Below, one piece after another: positions 48,426 to 55,606 of a DNA stretch of 55,606 nucleotides. The stretch is taken from assembly GCA_024643625.1 (NCBI GenBank), contig JAHEMO010000001.1:1-55606 (forward strand), given 5' to 3'. Origin of the DNA: Chitinophagaceae bacterium. Its GTDB lineage: Bacteria; Bacteroidota; Bacteroidia; Chitinophagales; Chitinophagaceae. A program made the position numbers and the translations under genes. Below the pieces are notes generated by a model. That model was not told where the DNA came from. It saw nothing but the letters and a program-made list of their open reading frames with translations, and ran no database searches. Numbering within the stretch: the stretch's first letter is position 1; each line of letters starts with the position of its first letter.

Positions 48426-51227
48426 TTATTTAGAAAGCGCTGAAAGTACAAATTGTTTTGTTTCCTCTTCCATAGGATGCCTGACTCCGGCGGGCAGTCG
48501 CTTTAGTGCCGCAACTATTTTCTTATCGCCTTTTTGTGCTGCCAGGTACCATGCCAGCGATTTTGTCCAGACACTAAAGCCGGCCGGCGAATTCATGACA
48601 GCATCATGGAGATTTTTATGAGCGGAAACTGTTGTTTTGGATTGCAGTGTGGAAATAGGTTTGTGGTTATTCATAATAAAATCAAGCAACAACACCAATT
48701 GATCAAAATAATGTTTGGGAATGGTGAGATCCAGTAATTCAATGGCATTATGCATCTGATGCTTTTGCCCCTTTTCTACTAATTCTATCACGCGTTGCAG
48801 GTAAGGAAAGTCGCCGGTAAGGCTGAGCAGTTTTAGGGCGCTTAGCGCATCCGCATCTATTTCGTTGGTTATGGCACGCTCCAGCAAGTGTTCTTCTGCG
48901 GTAAATTTTGTTTGTGTTATCAACCAAAGCTTATTGGCGGCTTGTTGCAGATTATTTTCAAACTGATCTGTTACAATATTTTTATGGGCAATATCCACTT
49001 TTAGCCCTTGTTTGTAAAGTGCTTCAATGGTCTCTAACTCAAGCCTGTTGCTTGATACTAATTGATCAATCAGAAATTGCTGAGCCGGCGCGGTTTTAAT
49101 ATTGGATGCTACTTCCAATAAAGTTTTTTTAGCCCGGTGCGGCAAAGCGTTAATGATGTTTTGGTGTTGGGTAAAGATATTATCACCCATCATTTGCAAA
49201 GCTTCTTTACATGCCATCCGATGGCGATTTTCGCTTAGCTCATGCAGGATGAAATTGGCATGCATTGTTTGTTTGCATTTGCCAAGAGCCTTAATAAGGG
49301 CTTCAGCGGTTTCCTTTTGTTGTGGTGGAGTGTCTAATACTGAACTGATTACCCGGTGCTGAAAAGCATCGTCAGTTTTGTGCAGAATAGATAGGAGCAA
49401 TTGCAGGTCTTCTTCACGGGCTGCGGATGATTGATGAAGATTGTCGAGAATATCCGCTGTACCGGCCGGGTTGTGGTCCAGCAAGGAACGAAGGATTGCT
49501 TTTTTTTCTTTGAAGCTATGACTATCGGCCTGCTGCCACTTGTCGAGGGCAAAGGTTTCGTCCAGTTCGCATACTACTTCAAAAAGGCGCTCTTTGGTTT
49601 TTCGGATGGTTTCAGATTGGTATAGTTGTGTCACAAGCGGCACCACCTTCTTGTAGTTTTCCTGCTTAATAATTTTTAGCAGGTAATATCTGAATGCATC
49701 CGAAGCGTTGGGTAGTTGCGAAGAAATCAATTGTTCGTAGTGTTCATAATCACTTTTCTTTAAAAGATTAATGGCGTGAATTTTTTCAGCTTCCTTGCCA
49801 AAAATTACTTTTTCGAGAAGAGTTCGGGTAACGCTGTCGTTGTTGGCAAACACACCTAATCCACCGAAAAACCCTTTTTGTACTGATTGCATCACTGCCT
49901 TTACATAGGCCTTATTAATACTTCCTACAATAAATATGCATGCAATACTGAGCAGAATTACGGTTATGAGAACCGGAGCAATGGTATTGGCTGCGGGACT
50001 TTGCCGCAACCAGAAATATATGATAAGACCGGTGGCCATTAAAGCTGGCGGATATACATAGCCCTTGGCAATAATGTGGCCTTTTAGGCGAAGATGAACA
50101 TTGAGCGGTTGAAATAAAATGAAGAACACCGGCTCCTGCATTACACTGCGCAGTATGGGGGTAAATACATAAATGATGGCAAGCCCGTAAAGATTCCAAC
50201 TGGTAGACTCCTGCATGAGATTAATAGCCAGTATGGATAAGGCGGCAATAATGGTTAGTATCGGCGTAATAACCAGGCTTCGGGCAAGGCCAAGCCGGTT
50301 AATTATTCGGCTGCTGAGTATCAGCTTAAAAAGCAGCGCAATGGTGCTGCTGATGAATAACACACGGCTTACGAATTGTACGATATCGTCCGTTTTGCTG
50401 AATTTAATTTTTATCTCTTTAAAAAAAGAAAATTCCACAAGGTGCAGTATGCCATAGCCTACCATGCTGAATACGGCAATGCGCAAGATGAGTGGTGTTT
50501 CAAAAAAACGAGCCCACCATTTGCGGCCTTTGGTATGCTTATGTTCATGGGTTTGATGGCCACCATCCTGTGCATGATCATGACCATGATCGCCATGTTC
50601 GGCTGCTGGTAAGGTTGCGGTGCTAATCCAATACCGGTTTATTAAGAAGGCCGCTGCAAAAAATATGAGGGATACCAATAACAGTAACTCCAGTTCATAT
50701 TTCCCTTTAAAAAAGGGGATAACGGCATAAGCCAGCATTTTTCCCGGAAGATCGCCGGCACCAATCACAGAAAATACTCTGCGGCTTTCTCTGACATTAA
50801 AGAATACGGCTGCCAGGCCCCAATAGCCATAGCCGGTTATGAGGTATACCATTAAGATCCACGAAGCAATTATGATGGGTATCCATGGGCCGTTTTTGGG
50901 AACATAGTGCCACATGGCGGCAAGTGCCGGAATGGTTAGCAGCGCTACGGCTATAACAATGCCCAATAATTGCCGCGGGTCATATTTCAGATCGAGCCGC
51001 ACATACAAGCCGTTGATGGGAAATAGTAATAATGCGCTCGTAATGTATACCCAGGATAATTGTTGGATATCAATATACTTGCCTAACAATAGAAAACCTA
51101 ATGACGAAACGGTAATAATACCATTGGCAATACCGAGCATAAACTGCAACAACAGCAATTTGCCCACCAGTGGGGCTTCGGTTGGTCGGATATTGAGGGC
51201 ACGGTAAACAGGTTGAAGACTTAGCAT
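48426..51227 (-). CDS. MFS/NTT (ATP/ADP-translocase-like) transporter fused to HEAT/ARM-like helical repeats
   Basis: About 12 TM helices in the first ~435 aa with W...F.VRESRRVF motif; His-rich central loop; ~490 aa alpha-helical C-terminus. Confidence 0.7.
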   Translation of the reverse strand: MLSLQPVYRALNIRPTEAPLVGKLLLLQFMLGIANGIITVSSLGFLLLGKYIDIQQLSWVYITSALLLFPINGLYVRLDLKYDPRQLLGIVIAVALLTIPALAAMWHYVPKNGPWIPIIIASWILMVYLITGYGYWGLAAVFFNVRESRRVFSVIGAGDLPGKMLAYAVIPFFKGKYELELLLLVSLIFFAAAFLINRYWISTATLPAAEHGDHGHDHAQDGGHQTHEHKHTKGRKWWARFFETPLILRIAVFSMVGYGILHLVEFSFFKEIKIKFSKTDDIVQFVSRVLFISSTIALLFKLILSSRIINRLGLARSLVITPILTIIAALSILAINLMQESTSWNLYGLAIIYVFTPILRSVMQEPVFFILFQPLNVHLRLKGHIIAKGYVYPPALMATGLIIYFWLRQSPAANTIAPVLITVILLSIACIFIVGSINKAYVKAVMQSVQKGFFGGLGVFANNDSVTRTLLEKVIFGKEAEKIHAINLLKKSDYEHYEQLISSQLPNASDAFRYYLLKIIKQENYKKVVPLVTQLYQSETIRKTKERLFEVVCELDETFALDKWQQADSHSFKEKKAILRSLLDHNPAGTADILDNLHQSSAAREEDLQLLLSILHKTDDAFQHRVISSVLDTPPQQKETAEALIKALGKCKQTMHANFILHELSENRHRMACKEALQMMGDNIFTQHQNIINALPHRAKKTLLEVASNIKTAPAQQFLIDQLVSSNRLELETIEALYKQGLKVDIAHKNIVTDQFENNLQQAANKLWLITQTKFTAEEHLLERAITNEIDADALSALKLLSLTGDFPYLQRVIELVEKGQKHQMHNAIELLDLTIPKHYFDQLVLLLDFIMNNHKPISTLQSKTTVSAHKNLHDAVMNSPAGFSVWTKSLAWYLAAQKGDKKIVAALKRLPAGVRHPMEEETKQFVLSALSK

Positions 51228-51238
51228 GGTCCGTGAAA

Positions 51239-52495
51239 TTAGGCTATTAGCTCATCCACAAAATACATGTCAATATCACCTTTGTGTTTGGCACGTAATT
51301 TTCCACGATAACTGCATTTGTATTTGTCTTTTACTAATTCGTAAGTGGTTCCGCTAAGGTTTATTCTCCCTGCTTCTCCCATTTGCTGCATCCGGGCGGC
51401 GGTATTCACGGTATCACCCCAAATGTCGTAAGCAAACTTTTTTATGCCCACAACACCTGCCACCAATGGGCCGCTATTAATACCTACGCGTAGTTCGTAA
51501 CCAATTTTTCCTGCTGCAATGCGTTGCAAGGATATTTTATGCGCTTCTTCAAGCATCAAAATTGCCGTGGCTACTATATCGTAAGCGTGATTGTGGTTAT
51601 CCGTGGGTAGTCCGGAAGCGCACATGTATGCATCGCCAATAGTTTTTATTTTTTCAAGGCCTTGCGTCGTTACAATTTTATCAAAAGCTTCAAAATATTC
51701 GTCAAGTCCTTTAATTACTTCTTCGGGCTTTTGTTGCTCGCTAAGTATGGTAAAGTCTTTAATGTCCAAAAACATAACACTGGCCAGCTCAAAACTTTTT
51801 GCTGTAGTGCGATTGGTGGCTTTCAATTCTTCTGCTACCTCCTCGGGTAATATATTGAGCAGCAGGGTATCCGATTTTTCTTTTTCTATCCTTAATTCTT
51901 CATTTCGGGTGTGCAAATTGCGTAGTGCCGTGTCTTTGGCATTCTCAAACACTATAGCAATCCAATAAAGAATAAGCACCAACCCCGCATTGCAGGTGAA
52001 ATAAAAAGTTTTGTACACCCATGGCTTTGAGGCCGCAATTTGATCGGGAAAGGGGTGGTTGTTCAGGTATTGATAAAAGAAGAATATTTCTACCAACAGC
52101 ACAAACAACAGCGATATCCGACTTCCTTTTTTGCTCCATACCAGCACGGCAACGATTGGCGTAGAGGCCAGCCAGGGAAATAGTACCGATAGAAAGCCAT
52201 TGGTATAATACACCGTAATGGCTATGCAAACCGTGCAGGCAATAAAATAAACAGGATAAAGAATCTTGTCGGAAAATCCTGATTTGTACAACCAAAGTGT
52301 AGTGATTGAAATAAAGAGCAATGGTATTTGCGATAACAACCCTCCCGGATAAGGAATCAGCCAACTGATAATGATATAGTTGATATTGAAGTAGGCAATA
52401 ATCAACAACACGGCAATGGTAAGCCTTGCCTTCCGCTGAATATCTTCGTCGGGCGAAAGATTGGCGGGTATAAAATATCGTATGAGTTTATTCAC
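51239..52495 (-). CDS. Membrane-bound class III adenylate cyclase
   Basis: Multi-TM N-terminus; SDTLLLNILP signalling helix; FLDIKDFT, EKIKTIGDAYM, YDIWGDTVNTAARM; GTG start. Confidence 0.93.
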   Translation of the reverse strand: MNKLIRYFIPANLSPDEDIQRKARLTIAVLLIIAYFNINYIIISWLIPYPGGLLSQIPLLFISITTLWLYKSGFSDKILYPVYFIACTVCIAITVYYTNGFLSVLFPWLASTPIVAVLVWSKKGSRISLLFVLLVEIFFFYQYLNNHPFPDQIAASKPWVYKTFYFTCNAGLVLILYWIAIVFENAKDTALRNLHTRNEELRIEKEKSDTLLLNILPEEVAEELKATNRTTAKSFELASVMFLDIKDFTILSEQQKPEEVIKGLDEYFEAFDKIVTTQGLEKIKTIGDAYMCASGLPTDNHNHAYDIVATAILMLEEAHKISLQRIAAGKIGYELRVGINSGPLVAGVVGIKKFAYDIWGDTVNTAARMQQMGEAGRINLSGTTYELVKDKYKCSYRGKLRAKHKGDIDMYFVDELIA

Positions 52496-52504
52496 TTGTA
52501 GTTT

Positions 52505-53164
52505 TTACGGTATAAGGGTGTGGGCCAGCCAATAAGCCCCCCATATCCAAACACCTTGTATAATGCCGGCCAGCAGGCTTGTTCCCATACTGCCGCGTAA
52601 TTCCTTGCGAAAGATAAAGGGCAGGGTAAAACAAATAATGCCTTCGCCTACAATTATATACCAGGGCGTATTGCCCAGCATGCGGGTAGGGTGGTAGTAC
52701 CACCAACCGGCATATTTGGCCAGTGTTTCAAAAACCGGAATAAAACACATGCCAATGCAAAAACTTACCAGCATGGCCTTTAGCATATTATGCTTTTTAG
52801 ATACTAAATAACCCAGATAGCCCACCTGCACCAGTATTACAGCCCAGGCAAACGGCATATAATTTGGTGATGCCCAGATTTTTGGTTCGCTGGCAGGATA
52901 TACTAGTGATTGAATGGTGTTGACCAACCAATTATCGGCAGCCAATTCCACAAAGCCAGCTATCAATCCAAACATAAGCAGCTTTTGCAGAAAAGCATCT
53001 TTGCGAAATATGGCAAAACTTCCGAGCACAGTAAACATGCCAATGGCCAACATGAAAGCCGACAAATATCCCCACTTAAACCATGCTGAAAGCATAGCCA
53101 CCAGTAGTGTAGTGGCCATTGTGGCTATTACAAATGTTTTTTCGGTCAACCGGCTGAGGAGCAT
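52505..53164 (-). CDS. Hypothetical multi-TM membrane protein with two internal repeats
   Basis: ~6-7 hydrophobic segments; E..AD.W...YP...SPNYMP and E..A..AGWWYY...TPWYI half-repeats. Confidence 0.75.
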   Translation of the reverse strand: MLLSRLTEKTFVIATMATTLLVAMLSAWFKWGYLSAFMLAIGMFTVLGSFAIFRKDAFLQKLLMFGLIAGFVELAADNWLVNTIQSLVYPASEPKIWASPNYMPFAWAVILVQVGYLGYLVSKKHNMLKAMLVSFCIGMCFIPVFETLAKYAGWWYYHPTRMLGNTPWYIIVGEGIICFTLPFIFRKELRGSMGTSLLAGIIQGVWIWGAYWLAHTLIP

Positions 53165-53212
53165 AATAATTTGCTTGGTGGTTTAATGTTCAAGTTTATC
53201 TGCTTGTCTAGC

Positions 53213-54931
53213 TTAAGAAGATTTTGCGTGGCCAAACAATCCTTTTATAAATCGCATAATGGCCAACAGTATTTTCATCCACCAGGGCTCGTAATGTTGC
53301 CAGGGAAGACCTTTGTCATATCGTTCCTGATCGTGACGACGTAAGCCAGCCAAAATGCCCGGTTCATGGAGGTTCCATATTGCACAACTGTCGGCATTAC
53401 TTCCTGCGGCTTCCAAAATGCTGTTCACGGCTCTTCGAGCCGCCTCATTTGCCCCTTCCATAGTGGCCAGATCAGTATAGGTTCGCACATAATCCGATGC
53501 CAGAAATAAATTTGGGATGGCAGTGTAAGCCTCAGGCCTCAGGCCCCAGCTATTAATAGTATTTACCAACAATGGCTCACTATCTGTTTCCCTTTCTGGA
53601 GTGGCTTCTTTGATGTCGCCATCTATATGCCAGTATTCAATCATATCGTCGCGCAACACTGTTTTACCCTCTACGTTAAGACTCTTTTTTAACTGCTCCC
53701 AAACTTCCTCTTTAATCTGTTGGTGACTGCAATTCTTAGCTGCTCCATGTACCAATCCGGTATTATCCCAATCGCTGATATCCACTGAAAAAACGGTCCT
53801 TACTTTTCCGTTTCCCCGGTCGGCAATATCATAGCTGCCCCAAAATTGCAATTGCGAAATAGAGGTAATGGCCCAGTTGCTGTCGGAGTAAATGGCATGC
53901 CCGTGGTCAAGGTCCACCACGTTGTTTAAATAGAACTGAATACCATTCATCCACGCAACGCTTTTTGCCAACGCTATGCTTCCTTTCAATGTCGGGTCGG
54001 CCTTCAGCACTTCAGCATTCATTAGCCTGGCGGCTCTTTCTATAGGCACGGCCATTATATAATAATCGGCTTGTACTGTGTTTGTGCTTTGCTCATTGTG
54101 GTTGCTAATGACGACACCCGAAATGCTGCCATTTTTCATAAGTATTTCTTCTGCGCTGCAATGCATATGGTACTGCACACCTTGCTCTTGCAGATAGGCA
54201 AGCCATGGGTTCAGCCATGCATCGTTAGTGGGGGCATTCAATACCCTGTCGGTATGTGTGCCTGGGCTCATCATATTAAAAATGAGTTGCAGAAAAATAT
54301 CACCACCGGTTTTGGTGCTGGCATACCTGGCATTAGCCGCTACCAGAGTACGCGTGAGACCCTGTACCAACAATGAACGGTAATTGTCACTGAATCTATC
54401 GGCCTGCAAATAATCCCACCAACTCAGTCGCTCGTAATCATTGGCCCGGCGGTCATAGCAACTCGTCATCAGTTGCCATATTCTTTCTGCAAAAAAAGTT
54501 TTCTCTTCTGCGGTAAGCCCGGTGTTGGCATGAAAGGCAGAAAGGGCTGCTTTAAGATCTGCGATGCTTTCAGGGAAGTTGACGATAGTATCTATTGGCT
54601 GTTTGCCATAGCGCGCTATCATTACCCGGTTGGTAGGGGTAAGATTGTCAAATGCCGTGCCCCAACTGCCATCGGCATGCTGCACAGGAGTACGCTGCAT
54701 GGTATCTGTTACATGCTTATAAAACCCCGGAAAAAATCTAAACCCATGTTCGCCGGGCAAGAATTTGCCGGGTGTAATTTCATCTGTACCTTTTACATCA
54801 ACGCTTCTTGCTTTGCCACCGCAATAACGATGGTGGCGCTCGTAAACCTCAACTGCAAAACCGCGGGTAATTAATTCGTGCGCAGCACTCATGCCAGCCA
54901 CTCCGCCACCGAGTACTATAACTTTCTTCAT
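53213..54931 (-). CDS. FAD-dependent oxidoreductase (amine oxidase / carotenoid-squalene desaturase-like)
   Basis: MKKVIVLGGGVAGMSAA Rossmann fold, GGKARS, GEHGFRFFPGFY, LASDYV...ATMEGANEA; ATG 54931. Confidence 0.88.
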   Translation of the reverse strand: MKKVIVLGGGVAGMSAAHELITRGFAVEVYERHHRYCGGKARSVDVKGTDEITPGKFLPGEHGFRFFPGFYKHVTDTMQRTPVQHADGSWGTAFDNLTPTNRVMIARYGKQPIDTIVNFPESIADLKAALSAFHANTGLTAEEKTFFAERIWQLMTSCYDRRANDYERLSWWDYLQADRFSDNYRSLLVQGLTRTLVAANARYASTKTGGDIFLQLIFNMMSPGTHTDRVLNAPTNDAWLNPWLAYLQEQGVQYHMHCSAEEILMKNGSISGVVISNHNEQSTNTVQADYYIMAVPIERAARLMNAEVLKADPTLKGSIALAKSVAWMNGIQFYLNNVVDLDHGHAIYSDSNWAITSISQLQFWGSYDIADRGNGKVRTVFSVDISDWDNTGLVHGAAKNCSHQQIKEEVWEQLKKSLNVEGKTVLRDDMIEYWHIDGDIKEATPERETDSEPLLVNTINSWGLRPEAYTAIPNLFLASDYVRTYTDLATMEGANEAARRAVNSILEAAGSNADSCAIWNLHEPGILAGLRRHDQERYDKGLPWQHYEPWWMKILLAIMRFIKGLFGHAKSS

Positions 54932-55055
54932 CAAACTATTTTTAATGGTAAAGGAGAGAGCAAATTGCGTAACGCAGGTGAGCCAAAGTAGTATTTTGAG
55001 TGCATACGGACAAAATGATTGCGGGCAAATGAATCCAATCACCACTCTGTGTAAC

Positions 55056-55606
55056 ATGCTTACCTTCGCAAAATCACAGCAGCTTCTCCCCATTATTTGC
55101 CAAACCATTGCAGCTATCAGTTCTCCATCTGCCATACTCGATACGCCAATAGAATACCTGAAAGGCGTTGGACCACAGCGTGCCGCATTGCTTCGATCCG
55201 AATTAAACATTGATAATTTTGGTGATTTGCTGGAGCATTTCCCTTACCGGCATGTAGATAAAACACGCATTATTCCTATTGCGGCTTTGCAGCCATCTGT
55301 TGAGCAAGCCCTGGTGCAGGGAACTATTGTGTCGGTAGAGGAAGTACCTGGCAAAGGTCGTGCCCGTCGCCTTACTGCCTGGCTGCGCGATAATACCGGA
55401 TCGCTGGAACTTACCTGGTTTCAGGGCATCAGCTACGCTAAAAAAAATATTACAGAAGGCAGCGTTTACCTGGCTTTTGGCCGGCTAAGCTGGTTTAAGA
55501 ACCGCCCCCAGATTGTGCACCCCGAAATGGAATCGGCAACGGAGGAAGACAAGGGGCCCAAAGCATTTCTTGAACCGGTGTATCCGGTTACAGAAAAATT
55601 AAAACA
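55056..55606 (+). CDS. recG: ATP-dependent DNA helicase RecG, N-terminal part (runs off window)
   Basis: Manual translation PIEYLKGVGPQRAALL...DLLEHFPYRHVD...D.TG.LELTWFQG...IVHPE. Start uncertain (in-frame ATG 55056 or a downstream non-ATG codon). Confidence 0.9.
   Translation, partial: MLTFAKSQQLLPIICQTIAAISSPSAILDTPIEYLKGVGPQRAALLRSELNIDNFGDLLEHFPYRHVDKTRIIPIAALQPSVEQALVQGTIVSVEEVPGKGRARRLTAWLRDNTGSLELTWFQGISYAKKNITEGSVYLAFGRLSWFKNRPQIVHPEMESATEEDKGPKAFLEPVYPVTEKLK

Noticed and set aside
47374-52495. Canonical Pycsar or CBASS defence system
   Set aside because: The cyclase has ATP-type specificity residues and a sensor-like TM region; no TIR or Pycsar TM effector and no CD-NTase is present.
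54932-55210. 93-aa N-terminal extension of the FAD oxidoreductase in the ORF track
   Set aside because: It overlaps recG antisense; the Rossmann motif begins right at ATG 54931.

Overview
Chromosomal window from a Bacteroidota bacterium, probably Chitinophagales. The evidence is gldF/gldG, a MurF-Alr fusion, DUF3127, acpP-fabF-rnc and TAnnTTTG-type promoters. Most of it is housekeeping: a UvrD/AddA-like helicase (cut at the left edge), dnaA, rluB, fatty-acid genes, iscSUA, lspA, trpS and recG (cut at the right edge). Three accessory blocks stand out. (1) 2.5-8.9 kb: two paralogous TPR-HisKA_2 kinases and a LytTR regulator around a divergent secreted Cys-rich protein with a LytTR-type direct repeat in its promoter. 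A decayed copy of the helicase 5' end between the kinases points to a tandem duplication. (2) 14.2-18.4 kb: a Tat-exported PLP enzyme, a PGM1-type ATP-grasp ligase, two candidate paralogous small RNAs sharing a 16-nt motif, and a Crp/Fnr regulator. (3) 47.4-54.9 kb: a compact cyclic-nucleotide module with an FAD oxidoreductase, a membrane protein, a membrane adenylate cyclase, an NTT/MFS-HEAT transporter, a cNMP-binding protein and a convergent HD phosphohydrolase. Block 3 is the best candidate for an undescribed system. No tRNA, rRNA, CRISPR array or transposase was recognised. All family calls come from motif recognition by eye, not database searches.
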